64,000 nt of DNA from Adineta vaga (taxonomy: Eukaryota; Animalia; Rotifera): the NCBI GenBank assembly GCA_021613535.1, contig CP075492.1, positions 17,236,001-17,300,000 on the forward strand, read 5' to 3'. Shown here piece by piece: positions 24,339 to 36,671 of the stretch. Under the pieces are notes generated by a model. The model had not been told where the DNA came from, ran no database searches, and saw only the letters and a program-made list of their open reading frames with translations. How positions within the stretch are numbered: the first letter of the stretch is position 1; the number at the start of each line of letters is the position of its first letter. Position numbers and translations under genes: made by a program.

Positions 24339-24765
24339 TTCATATTTTATTTTCCTGTAATAAAGAGAAAACTGTCAAATAAATGAATTGTGCGCGTACA
24401 GAGAAACTCTGCTCAGTTTTAAAAACACTAACTGGGCAGTATTACCCACACCCGTTGTTCGTTCTGATTTGCTATCAAAGTAGTAAGGAGAAGATCATTT
24501 GAAACGAATTCATTTTTTCGTTACTAACTGTGTTATATTTAAATTTCTATCCAACAAAAGAAAACTATGGAATGTTTCGAAAAAAAATTTCTAAATGAAG
24601 AAACGAAAAAAAATCCATCATCTACTCAGTTGAAAGAAAGAACAACAACAAGCATTTCTTCATCTCCGAGAGAGAGAGAGAAACCTTACTTTGAAATTTA
24701 AAAGTAACATAGTTACAACAACAAGACAAAGATTATTCTTGAAGAAAAGGCCAAACAAAATTTCA

Positions 24766-26724
24766 ATGAACTCCGATGAACGTACTGACGAAAATCAAGA
24801 GAACATTACAATAATTTGGTATAATTCAATAACTGGTAGAAATGAAGATATTGAAGTAAAATTGAAACAATTACGTGAAATAAATGATTATGTATTATAT
24901 TATAACAAAATTGATCAATGTCTTTTACGTATTCAATCGATTCAAAATGAAAAAATCATTTTAATTTTATCCGATAAAGAAATATCAAAACTAATTTTAT
25001 CAATTGACAAATGTTTTCAAATAAATTCGATTTTAATTTATTATTTCGAACAAAATCAATCAAAATCATTTTCAAATGAATTATCAAAAATCATTGGTGT
25101 CCACGATAATTTTGATTTATTACGTCAATCAGTCGAAGAACAAATTAATCTTATTGAAAAACAATTCGAAACATTTTCAACATTAAATCAATCGCAAAAA
25201 ATTATCAAGGATTTATCGAAACAATCCGCCGAATTTCTTTGGTTTCAATTCTTCAAAAATATTCTCTATCGTTTACCATCAAATCAATATGGAAGAAAAC
25301 AATTTATTGATAAATGTCGTTTATATTATCAAGGAAATGAGAAAACACTTGAAGAAATTAATGATTTTGAAAGAAATTATCAATCTGATTTGGCTATTCA
25401 ATGGTATTTGAAGAAATCATTTATCTATAAATTAATTAATAAAGCTTTACAAATCAAAGATATGATTCAATTATTTTATTTACGATTTTTTATTACTGAT
25501 CTTTCAAATAATCTCAATAATCAATATGAAAAAATCGTTGAATCAACAGAGAAAATTGTTAATGTTTATAAACAAATGAAAGTATCATTTGAAGAATTAA
25601 ATCAATTAAAAGAAAATCAAGGAAAACTTATTTCATTCAATGGATATTTATTAACTAATCGAAGTCGAAATAAAACACTTGCATTAGCAACAAAACCATC
25701 GAAACAAATCAGTGTTCTCTTTGAAATCAAATGTGATATTGAACAATTAAATAAGAAGATTCTATTTGGAGATATTTCACAATTTAATCAACATTCGAAT
25801 GAAAAAGAAGTTTTATTTGATATAGGAAATCTTTTCTATTTAGAAAATATTCAAGAAGATAATCAAATTTGGATTATTAAATTAATAGGTTCGAATGATC
25901 GAGAAAAACTTCTTCATAATTTCATAGGAAATAATGAGAAAAATGATTTAATTGTTTTTGGAAAATTAATTTATCAAATGGGATTTCATTATCAATCAAG
26001 AAAATATTTTGAACAATTATTAATTTATCAAAAGAATCAAGAAGATATTTGTTCAATTGAATCTTGTCTTGCTCATGCTTCACATTATCAAGGTGATTTA
26101 AAAAGAGCAAGAGATTTATATGATCAAATTTATGATCGATTGATGCATTCTAATCCACCGAAAATTAAAGAATCAGCTTATATTCTCAATCAAATTGGAC
26201 ATATTCTTCAATTACAAACAAAATATGATGAATCAAAACAATTTTATGAAAAATCTCTTGAAATACGAGAAAAATATTGTTCAATTGATCATCCTGATAT
26301 TGCACAAAGTCTTATTAGTATTGGAAATCTTCTTTTTATAAGACAAAAATATCCTGAAGCTTTAGATAATTTTCAACGAGCTTTAAAAATTCAAGAAAAA
26401 TCTCTTCCAAATCATTTTACTGATTATGTTATAACACTTAATCTTATTGGAAATCTTCTTCTTAAACAAAGAAAAAGTAATGATGCTTTGAAAATCTTTC
26501 AAAAAGCATTGAAAATTCAAGAAGATAATCATACAAATGAATATCCTGATCAAATTGAAACTTTAAATAATATTGCAACAAGTTATGAAAAAAGTAATAT
26601 ACCAAGAATGGCTTTGAAACATTATAAACAAATTTTAACTATTCAACAAAAATATCTTTCACCTCAAAATCAAGATCGAATCAATACGGAAACAAATATT
26701 CAAAGAGTTTCTTCTTTGAAATAA
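24766..26724 (+). CDS. ART-like domain + TPR repeats; catalytic motifs degenerate
   Basis: Family N-terminal domain (IIWY...NDYV), WYLKKSFIYKLINKAL, VYKQMK (R to K), GYLLTN (STS lost), EKEVLF, then about 7 TPRs (HPDIAQSLISIG). Confidence 0.85.
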   Translation: MNSDERTDENQENITIIWYNSITGRNEDIEVKLKQLREINDYVLYYNKIDQCLLRIQSIQNEKIILILSDKEISKLILSIDKCFQINSILIYYFEQNQSKSFSNELSKIIGVHDNFDLLRQSVEEQINLIEKQFETFSTLNQSQKIIKDLSKQSAEFLWFQFFKNILYRLPSNQYGRKQFIDKCRLYYQGNEKTLEEINDFERNYQSDLAIQWYLKKSFIYKLINKALQIKDMIQLFYLRFFITDLSNNLNNQYEKIVESTEKIVNVYKQMKVSFEELNQLKENQGKLISFNGYLLTNRSRNKTLALATKPSKQISVLFEIKCDIEQLNKKILFGDISQFNQHSNEKEVLFDIGNLFYLENIQEDNQIWIIKLIGSNDREKLLHNFIGNNEKNDLIVFGKLIYQMGFHYQSRKYFEQLLIYQKNQEDICSIESCLAHASHYQGDLKRARDLYDQIYDRLMHSNPPKIKESAYILNQIGHILQLQTKYDESKQFYEKSLEIREKYCSIDHPDIAQSLISIGNLLFIRQKYPEALDNFQRALKIQEKSLPNHFTDYVITLNLIGNLLLKQRKSNDALKIFQKALKIQEDNHTNEYPDQIETLNNIATSYEKSNIPRMALKHYKQILTIQQKYLSPQNQDRINTETNIQRVSSLK

Positions 26725-26798
26725 TTTTCTAAAGAACTTTTGTTTTAACATATTGATTTTGAAAAAAAGAAAAATTTTTTTTTTGATCGAAATAAAGA

Positions 26799-26852
26799 TT
26801 AGGGTGTGAGTGTGTGGGTTTGCGAAAGAAGAAGAGATACCCACACTCTCAA
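26799..26852. repeat. Telomere-like inverted-arm element between convergent genes
   Basis: ttagggtgtgagtgtgtgggt-19 nt-acccacactctcaa. Confidence 0.8.
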
Positions 26853-29022
26853 TCCATTGGAATCAAATGTGATATAACTCGGGAGATACATTCTTCAACA
26901 TGCTGATGTTCCTTGAAACTACCAATGGTTGAATTATTATTATAACTCTCAGCTACTTCGATATATTTATATAATGCATCTTCATAATCATTTGTAGCTT
27001 CTAAAACCATACCAAAACCAATCAATGTTTGAATATATTCGTTAGTTGGTAGATGAGTATCTTGTTCAAATACTAATTTATAATTCTGTAATGCTTTATT
27101 ATTTAATTTTAATTGACGATAACAATGGCCTAGTTGCATATAATACTTTGCTTTTAACAATGGATCGAATGAAATATCTCTCTGAGTTTGCATGATATAT
27201 ACTATCTGTTCGAGAAATTGAATTGCCATCTGATACATACCACTTTGCAAGACCATTTCGACCATATTATATGTCAGATGAGCTGTCTGCTCAAGACCAT
27301 TACGATAATCATCACTGCTTGCATATGCTAATAATTCGTCAAGTGATCTATCTTCAGACATTTGTGCATAGGTATTTGATAATATATTAATATTTGTATT
27401 AAAATCATTACAATCTGATTCAGTAACTAATAGTACATTGTCTGTTGTAGTTAGCTGTTCCGAACCAAATCTTGTCTCGTTCATCTTGTGATACATCATT
27501 TCAGCTTCTTCGTTATTATTTTTATTTTTTGCAATACTAAATAATCCTTCATAACAGTTATATCGTTTGTTTTTATCATCAGTTTTTTCGAGCAATTGTT
27601 TGTACAGATCTTTAGCTTCATCGAACCTTTCAGTTGTAAGAAGAAATCGAGCAAGATAAAGTAAAGAATCGTTCATATCTTTCTCCAACATATTTTGAAA
27701 TGTTTGATAAAGTGGTTGAAAACGTTCTTGGGCACTATCTTGCAAACTCATTTGAATTGAATACACTTTTGTCTTTTCTTCGAAATGTATATCAACTTTA
27801 TCGATGTAAAACATTTGACCTGGTACGAATAAGATTTCTTTTTCACCAGCATGTTTACTTATTTTTGAGATATCAGCAAATGGAAAGTATGGCGATACGT
27901 TTTGTTTGCATGCAGTGATCGTAAAAATGATTTGAACATGATTCATATCCTCTAGTCTAGTTGAATCAAGAAATAAAAGAGCAGTTGTCTTTTCTTTCGA
28001 TGTTGAGAAAAAACTGTTAATGACAACAGGTGAATGTTGATGATAAGCTACTAATAGATCGACTATTTCGTATTCACTAGATCGCTGACATCGGTATAGA
28101 GTTAAAACTTGATTTGATGAATCTTTTTCCATTTGTTCTCGTAATTGTTCATAAATATTTTGAAGAACAAATCGAAATGGTAAAAGAATGACGAAGATTT
28201 TTCGTTCGTAATGCTTCATTTAGAACACGATAAATGTAAACATCTCTCGTATAGAAAAATATTGCTTGATCGGGTGAATATGTTTCTTTAAAATTTTGTA
28301 TATCTCGTGCAAGAGCAATATTCTCCTTTTCAAATAATTCAATCAGATCATTATTGTTCGATTCACTTGATGGAGCTTGTAAAAGACACATAAGTAACAT
28401 ATGACGAAATACAAAATCTTTATCAAAGCTTTTAAATGAACGATCAGTAGGTTCTATGTAGAGATTTTCTTCCAATTCTTTTTCATCTACACATGTAAAC
28501 TGCACGGAATCATTAAATGGTGTTTCTATCGCCAAGTGATTGTTATTCGTGGTGGATTCTTTTGACATATCTGCGACAGTTATCACCTAAACTATATAAA
28601 TAGACAATACATATTTCAACTATTTTCTTTACTTTTGAATAATTGCTCAATGTATATTGTTCTTGTTCATTAAATGGCGGTTGATTTATAATTATTATTT
28701 TTTTTACTTGACCACAGGGATGAATGAAAGACACAAGATCACATACTAAACTACCTCCCACGAAAACAATGAACTGACTTTGTTGATCTTCACTTACTGC
28801 TTGAATGATATAATCATAACATTCTTCAGCATCCATAAAAACATATAGTTTCTTATAATAATTCGATTCCATCATGTTCAACTGCTTGAAGTGCTCTGCT
28901 TGTACTTTATCATCGTGAACTATGATTAAATTTGTAAACATGGATTGAATGGCATTCGTTTGTGTTTCAGCTAATTGACGAAAAATTCTCGAAAAATCCT
29001 TGGAAATATTCGACTCCACCAT
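26849..29022 (-). pseudogene. ART-TPR gene copy A: full length but carrying a 1-nt frameshift near 28188
   Basis: Exon 1 is 29022-28633, intron 28632-28587, exon 2 starts at 28586. Motifs LYRCQ, FFSTS and EKEILF, followed by TPRs. Reads ggtaaaagaatgacg versus ggtaaaagatgacg in copy B. Confidence 0.8.
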
Positions 29023-31437
29023 TTACTTTGTTCTACACACACGTAAAGAAAAATCGAACTCAGAATATGCTGTCGAGGTCTTGATCGAATGTAAATGGAA
29101 AATAAACATAAAAGTATTTTTACATCTTTTTTTTTCGAACGTAAAAGAATTGTATTCCATCGCACGATGCTTTTATATAATTATTATTAAATGGAGTTTT
29201 TTTTTTGAAGAAGTAAGAAAGTGCACAACTTTTATTGTTTTTGCTTGTCGATGTTGTATTGTAAATCAATAAGTGAACCAAGAATGAACAGAAATTATGC
29301 GTTAAGAACCTATTGATGTTTGATATTCTCGCAATAAATAAATCAAGACCATTTCGACCATATTATATGTCAGATGAGCTGTCTGCTCAAGACTATTACG
29401 ATAATCATCACTGCTTGCATATGCTAATAATTCGTCAAGTGATCTATCTTCAGACATTTGTGCATAGGTATTCGATAATATATTAATATTTGTATTAAAA
29501 TCATTACAATCTGATTCAGTAACTAATAGTACATTGTCTGTTGTAGTCAGCTGTTCCGAACCAAATCTTGTCTCGTTCATCTTGTGATACATCATTTCAG
29601 CTTCTTCGTTATTATTTTTATTTTTTGCAATACTAAATAATCCTTCATAACAGTTATATCGTTTGTTTTTGTCATCAGTTTTTTCGAGCAATTGTTTGTA
29701 AAGATCTTTAGCTTCATCGAACCTTTCAGTTGTAAGAAGAAATCGAGCAAGATAAAGTAAAGAATCGTTCATATCTTTCTCCAACATATTTTGAAATGTT
29801 TGATAAAGTGGTTGAAAACGTTCTTGGGCGCTATCTTGCAAACTCATTTGAATTGAATACACTTTTGTCTTTTCTTCGAAATGTATATCAACTTTATCGA
29901 TGTAAAACATTTGACCTGGTACGAATAAGATTTCTTTTTCGTCTGCGTGATTACTAAATTTCGAGATATCAGCAAATGGAAAGTATGGCGATACGTTTTG
30001 TTTGCATGCAGTGATCGTAAAAATGATTTGAACATGATTCATATCCTCTAGTCTAGTTGAATCAAGAAATAAAAGAGCAGTTGTCTTTTCTTTCGATGTT
30101 GAGAAAAAACTGTTAATGACAACAGGTGAATGTTGATGATAAGCTACTAATAGATCGACTATTTCGTATTCACTAGATCGCTGACATCGGTATAGAGTTA
30201 AAACTTGATTTGATGAATCTTTTTCCATTTGTTCTCGTAATTGTTCATAAATATTTTGAAGAACAAATCGAAATGGTAAAAGATGACGAAGATTTTTCGT
30301 TCGTAATGCTTCATTTAGAACACGATATATGTAAACATCTCTCGTATAGAAAAATATTGCTTGATCGGGTGAATATGTTTCTTTAAAATTTTGTATATCT
30401 CGTGCAAGAGCAATATTCTCCTTTTCAAATAATTCAATCAGATCATTATTGTTCGATTCACTTGATGGAGCTTGTAAAAGACACATAAGTAACATATGAC
30501 GAAATACAAAATCTTTATCAAAGCTTTTAAATGAACGATCAGTAGGTTCTATGCAGAGATTTTCTTCCAATTCTTTTTCATCTACACATGTAAACTGCAC
30601 GGAATCATTAAATGGTGTTTCTATCGCCAAGTGATTGTTATTCGTTGTGGATTCTTTTGACATATCTGCGACAGTTATCGCCTAAACTATATAAATAGAC
30701 AACACATATTTCAACTATTTTCTTTACTTTTGAATAATTGCTCAATATATCTTGTTCTTTTTCATTAAATGGCGGTTGATTTATAATTATTATTTTTTTT
30801 ACTTGGCCACAGGGATGAATGGAAGACACAAGATCACATACTAAACTACCTCCCACGAAAACAATGAACTGATTTTGTTGATCTTCACTTACTGCTTGAA
30901 TGATATAATCATAACATTCTTCAGCATCCATAAAAACATATAGTTTCTTATAATAATTCGATTCCACCATGTTCAACTGCTTGAAGTGCTCTGCTTGTAC
31001 TTTATCATCGTGAACTATGATTAAATTTGTAAACATGGATTGAATGGCATTCGTTTGTGTTTCAGCTAATTGACGAAAAATTCTCGAAAAATCCTTGGAA
31101 ATATTCGACTCCACCATTTACTTTGTTCTACACACACGTAAAGAAAAATCGAACTCAGAATATGCTGTCGAGGTCTTGATCGAATGCAAATGGAAAATAA
31201 ACATAAAAGTATTTTTACATCTTTTTTTTTCGAACGCAAAAGAATTGTATTCCATCGCACGATGCATTTATATAATTATTATTAAATGGAGTTTTTTTTG
31301 AAGAAGTAAGAAAGTGCACAACTTTTATTGTTTTTGCTTGTCGATGTTGTATTGTAAATCAATAAGTGAACCAAGAATGAACAGAAATTATGCGTTAAGA
31401 ACCTATTGATGTTTGATATTCTCGCAATAAATAAATC
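27248..31437. repeat. Direct tandem duplication of about 2.09 kb (27248-29344 and 29345-31437)
   Basis: Near-identical sequence at an offset of about 2093-2096. The junction ...aataaataaatc|aagaccatttcg lies at 29344/29345. Confidence 0.92.
29302..31117 (-). CDS. ART-TPR gene copy B: open frame, C-terminally truncated and chimeric
   Basis: Exon 1 is 31117-30728, intron 30727-30682, exon 2 is 30681-29302. R/STS/ExE motifs are intact. Ends in IYLLREYQTSIGS, identical to the end of the adjacent F-box gene. Confidence 0.8.
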
Positions 31438-33164
31438 TTAATTTCTTTAGAAGATTTGATAAATTTTATTTCTCCTAGTTCCTTTAGACCATCTTCTAGC
31501 CACGATGGATTGAAGTGATATACATTGCCGCAGTCGGATTGATTTGGATACTGGAGATTTAGCATTGATAATTGAGATAAATGTTTAAATAAGTAAAATA
31601 TGAATTCTTGATTATCATTAATACATATCAATTGTTTAGTCGATGAAAATATTTGACAAAATTCTTTCAACTCATTCAAATTATTGAATAAAGTCTTTCT
31701 CATAGAAAATATCTCTAATTTCCGAATCGTTTTTGTCAAATACTCGCATAGTTGACCATCACGAAGCAAATATTTTAAATATATTCTATCAATAGCCAAT
31801 GATGAAATATGTTGAGCTTCTTTCAAAATATTCACTAATATTGATGGTTTAATTGATCGATTTGCGGATTTTATATTCAAACTTGTTACATTTGCTAAAT
31901 TAACAATCGTTTTCAGAAATTCAAATTGTGTTCTTTTGATAATTGGACTTGTCTCCTGTGATCTTGTTAAACAAAGTGACTTGATGTGAGAAAAATAATA
32001 AGGATATATCCTTTCTCCTAACACATCAACATCAATAACTAAATCAGTTACCTTCTCGAATCTATCAACATCATTCATTGATGAATTACAATATGTATAA
32101 GCACCTCTTTCAATTCTATACGTGTTTGAAATGTGTGGAATTGTATAAATTCTTGCTGAACGATTTGATATCACATATTCAGTATACCAGTGATGTTCTT
32201 TTATCCAAAATTTCTCGTAAAACTCTTCAAACCACATCTTAATATGGGAACATTCTGCATCACCAATATAAGAAAATACGAATTGAAAACTGATTAAATA
32301 AGGTAAATATAAACGAATTATGTTTTCCCATGGAGAAGCATGAATAGCATTGTCGTCATAAAATATATTTATCTTTAAATTTGTTAAACTTGGTGTTTGC
32401 TTTAAGATCGTCTTAAGACTATCATGGTCATAAGAAAAATAATCGATCGTTAAATGTGTAAGATGAATAGCATCGTTTATATAAGAAAGTTTGGCAAAGA
32501 TGTCTCCGGTAAAGTTATGGTGATCCCAAGTACCTATTTTCAGATATTTCAATTGTGACATACTCTTCCGTATTGAAGTTAATTGATTTTGATTGCAAGA
32601 TGATACTGTTAGATTTTCAAGAGACGAGAGTTCATTGATGACATTGGTATTGTCAGGTAATGTTGGTATTGTTAATATTTTTAATTTCATTGTTGGTAAA
32701 ATGGAAATGATCGCGTCGATTTCTTTATTGAAACCTGTGTAATGAAATGAAGATAATCGATCGAGATATGATAACTTTGATTTGATTAATTCAAAATTGT
32801 TTTCTGTGACTTCCTTTAGAGTTAATGATTGAAGATGAATGAATTGATCCAGTGAGAAACGTAAAAGAAATGATTGAATTTGCCAACAGATATTTTCATT
32901 GGACAAATGTAATGAATAGATTTGTTTAGAAATTTCTTTATTTAATGACATTATCTTACAAAATTGATCATATAACGGTTGTTCAATGTTTTCGCAATTC
33001 ACTAATAATCGAATACTTGAAATAAGTTTATTAAATCGAGTATTTAGTTGAGAAAATGAATAAAGAATATCGATTGAATTGAGATATTTGAAACATCGAA
33101 TGAATAATTCATTTGGTAACATTTCTAATGTTGTCATTGCTTGTTTGTTGTCGGTAATATTCAT
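31395..33164 (-). CDS. F-box / LRR-like protein (bdelloid-expanded type)
   Basis: LEMLPNELFIRCFKYLNSIDILYSFSQLNTRFNKLI F-box, LRR-like repeats, and the FW...HHW...YTIP motif. Confidence 0.85.
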   Translation of the reverse strand: MNITDNKQAMTTLEMLPNELFIRCFKYLNSIDILYSFSQLNTRFNKLISSIRLLVNCENIEQPLYDQFCKIMSLNKEISKQIYSLHLSNENICWQIQSFLLRFSLDQFIHLQSLTLKEVTENNFELIKSKLSYLDRLSSFHYTGFNKEIDAIISILPTMKLKILTIPTLPDNTNVINELSSLENLTVSSCNQNQLTSIRKSMSQLKYLKIGTWDHHNFTGDIFAKLSYINDAIHLTHLTIDYFSYDHDSLKTILKQTPSLTNLKINIFYDDNAIHASPWENIIRLYLPYLISFQFVFSYIGDAECSHIKMWFEEFYEKFWIKEHHWYTEYVISNRSARIYTIPHISNTYRIERGAYTYCNSSMNDVDRFEKVTDLVIDVDVLGERIYPYYFSHIKSLCLTRSQETSPIIKRTQFEFLKTIVNLANVTSLNIKSANRSIKPSILVNILKEAQHISSLAIDRIYLKYLLRDGQLCEYLTKTIRKLEIFSMRKTLFNNLNELKEFCQIFSSTKQLICINDNQEFIFYLFKHLSQLSMLNLQYPNQSDCGNVYHFNPSWLEDGLKELGEIKFIKSSKEIKIYLLREYQTSIGS

Positions 33165-33732
33165 GTGATGTTTGTTTTGAAACCAATACGAGTATTTATA
33201 TGGTAAGAAATATGTATCTTAACAATTATTCGTACTTGCACCATATGATGTGTTTATGGTGTAAAACGTTGTGAAATACTGTTTTGTTTTTGACTTAGAG
33301 ATTGTACGATTGAGTCATAGGTCACGTTGTGTAAAAAGAACAGGAATAAACCAGCACATATCATAGGTAGAGATATAGCAAATAAATATTCTCTTTGATT
33401 GCTAACAATGCATTTTGACGTTAAACTCTAAAATAACTTATGGCATCTCTTTAATACTTATGTCGCTGTCTGGAGTAGTTGCCGAAAAAGTTGCTATCTT
33501 TGCATATATCTCTCAAACGGGTGTGAGGGTTGAACAGATACGCTAGGAGCTAGTTACATTGATGAAAATATCTATGATATATCATCATAACTATATCAAA
33601 TATATAATATGAAAAGACAACTGAAATGTTATTTCTTTACAAAGATGTTACAAAGTGACAAAACTTTTTGACTGCCCTTATTAGTTTCGATTTTTTCCAA
33701 TATTCTTCTTGTAAACATTTTTCTACTCATCA

Positions 33733-33811
33733 TTGATGGGATGGATGTGGCTGTGAGTGAGGTTGGTTCATACTGTATCTTCACCCACACCCACACCCAC
33801 ACCCACCCTCG
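33733..33811. repeat. Telomere-like inverted-arm element
   Basis: ttgatgggatggatgtggctgtgagt...acccacacccacacccacacccaccctcg. Confidence 0.8.
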
Positions 33812-33949
33812 CTATAAAATGTAATTTTTTTGGAATAGTCAACAATAGTACTCTTGTACATCAAAAACAAACCAAAACAATATGGGAATATTTATGAACA
33901 TATGCTCAAATGGAAGACACAATCAATTATGTTCTGGAAATTCCGGTAT

Positions 33950-35606
33950 TTCAATTTATGTGTGATGTTTTTCCAGTCTCAATGGCTTTTGCTATGCAGG
34001 CTTGCACACAATAAAGAAATCGTGTTTTAGACAACGGTACTTAGAAAAACAACGGAAAAGTCAAATAGAAGAAACTGCTTTAGGTGGTGCATTGATGTAT
34101 AGTGGATACAAGATTATTGGTGATCTTTTTGGAGGAAAAAATGATAAAATCATACGTCCATTGGATGCAAGTGAAAACTTTTAAAGACATCAGAAAAATT
34201 TCGATGGTGACACTTTAGTTTTGTTAAAGAATTTCAAAAACTTGTTTGATAGTGTGAATGAAACATGTGCTTTGATTTTTAATCTTCTGGAGATGTCGTT
34301 GTGGGAGAGCCAAGAGCTTTCACAGAGGTTAGGCAACATTTTCTTTAAAGAGTAAAATGCGTCGACATCATGAACAAATGCTAACTGCATTCACAAGAGT
34401 TGCAAATCATGATTTGAATCTGGAAACATTTTCTTCAGAACAATGAACATTCATTCACGAATATTTATGGAATCGAATTCAGAAGAATTTGTCGTCGATA
34501 CTTCCAAAAATTGTTGGGTATGTTCGAAACCACACGTCTTCGAATGTTTGTTGATGGAAAAAAGCTGTGTATACGGCAAATCTTCCTCAATGTTTGTCAT
34601 TGAGTGAAGATGCAAGTTCATCGGAGTGGTCAGATCACAAGGATCAAAAGTGTACAGTTGATGAAAAATCGAAGTATATGTTTTGTTCTGTTCCAGTGCC
34701 TAACACACTTGTTTACGGTCAATAATATTGAACACATTAACGAGCGATGGTTTGAGAGTAACGGTTGATTTGTTATCACCATATGTTGTTTAATTAGCAC
34801 CCAATATACATGCAATTGGTGTCGACACGTCGTTACAATGCTTTGGAAAAGGTGATAAGGAGAATAAAAATATATTCAGAAACATAACGAAAGTTGCTAT
34901 TATTAAAACTCGTTGTTATAGTTATTCAAACTTCACAAAGCAGTGAATCCGGTTGATGTCGAAAATCAATAGTTTAAAAGAAATGATGGAAATTTCATCT
35001 TAAATGGATTCAGCTCTTGAACATAAAAAATATGTAGAAAATGCTCACCTTGAATTTCAATCAAACATTCATCGTACAACAACAACAAGACCCTGGTCAA
35101 AAGTTATGATTGGGATTTTGATTTTCATGTTGATTGTAACTGTTTGTGTTGTTATTTTTGCATCTAGGGTTTATTCGAAAAAGCTTGCTTGTATTACTAA
35201 TGTTCGAAAACTATTTAGTCGATTAATTGGTATATGTTCGAAAAACAAAAAAAGTCATATTAACAATTTTTTACTCGAGATTCAGCGTAATGTTTTGCCA
35301 TATGTACCAAACAACATGTATTATGACAATGTGAATTCAAAAAGAAAAACTACCAATCAGTTCCAGCATCTCTTGAACAAAGTTATTTGTAATGATTTTC
35401 TTGACTACCCATTACAATTGCATTGTTCTCCTAAAGAAATATTATCTTTAATTCATCAAATATTTTATCAACGGATGGTCCAAATAGAAAACTCAACCCA
35501 ACACCAAGAAAAAATTATGATTATATGCGAGAGTCTTCAGTTCTATCATCAGACCATTCGAGCATTACATATGAATATTTTTTCGAAGACAATCATGCAA
35601 ACGTAG
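33950..35606 (+). pseudogene. Decayed membrane glycoprotein gene, possibly env/fusion-protein-like
   Basis: Fragments across stops and frameshifts: basic QRKS followed by ETALGGALMYSGYKIIGDLFGG, Cys-containing KCTVDEKSKYMFCSVPVP, and a late TM helix VMIGILIFMLIVTVCVVIFA. Confidence 0.35.
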
Positions 35607-36280
35607 AATAATACTACAACTTTTCATTTGAGATCTACAAAAATCAATCGCCTTTTATTCGATTTTTTGTCATATATTCTGTTTTAGATTAGTTAAATGT
35701 AGAATCAATCATTATTATTGTATGTAGTTTTTTTACTGTTAAACTAACACTGTTTTGCTTCTTGCCTTTGTATTCATATCTTCAATCTATGATGATGAAT
35801 TATTATTGTCATATCTCGATCAACAACTCTTATTTTTATTTTTATTTGGTGATATAAATCCATTTTATGGCCATCTTACAATTGGTAATTTATGAAATAA
35901 ATTATAATGATGAATATCTACGTTTCAAGAAAGTCAATGATAAGATGAAGGTTCATCTATCAAAAGCACAAATGAAGCATCTAATGACTTATTCTAATAT
36001 TCCAATACATACCATCCGTCGATCTATACACAATTAATAAGAATAATGATATTCTAAAATTTATTGACTATATGATTCAGTTTTTCTTTTAAATCGCAAC
36101 TGTCATCATTCGTTCATTGTATTACCCTCTTGTTGTTCTATATTCTTCTATTGTTTTTATCTTTTTTTATTATCATAGTTTCTTAAACTAGTTTTTGTTT
36201 TTTATATATCGATCCCATCATTTCATTTCCGTTACAATAATAAAATCACGATCGCTGCAAAGCAGTTCAATTTTTTCATC

Positions 36281-36417
36281 TTGAGGGTGTGGGTGATGAA
36301 GATATATCAAAACCCACCTTTCTTACCCTAACCCTTCGCCACGCCGACACAACCACATTTACCCACTCACACCCACACCCGTACGATTCTATGCATCTGC
36401 TTGAGAAGCACACCCTC
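36281..36417. repeat. Telomere-like inverted-arm element with extended degenerate C-rich arm
   Basis: ttgagggtgtgggt-gatgaagatatatcaaa(17)-acccac...acccactcacacccacacccg...cacaccctc. Confidence 0.8.
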
Positions 36418-36671
36418 TTTTTGTTTCTTTCAGAAGAAGAAAAATGCACGATGATAAAATAAAAGTATCTATAGCCTTGCATATTTAATAGTTTAATATG
36501 AATTAAACACTTTTCTCTCTAGTAAAAAAGATATGAGATAGTATATTTCTCACGGTCCTCCAAGTATTAATATTAAACAATTGGTATTTTTCGAAATGAG
36601 GAAACACACATTTCTTCTTAGAAAAACGTAAATATAGTACGGCAGCAATCTTCATAGGAATATTAAAATTT

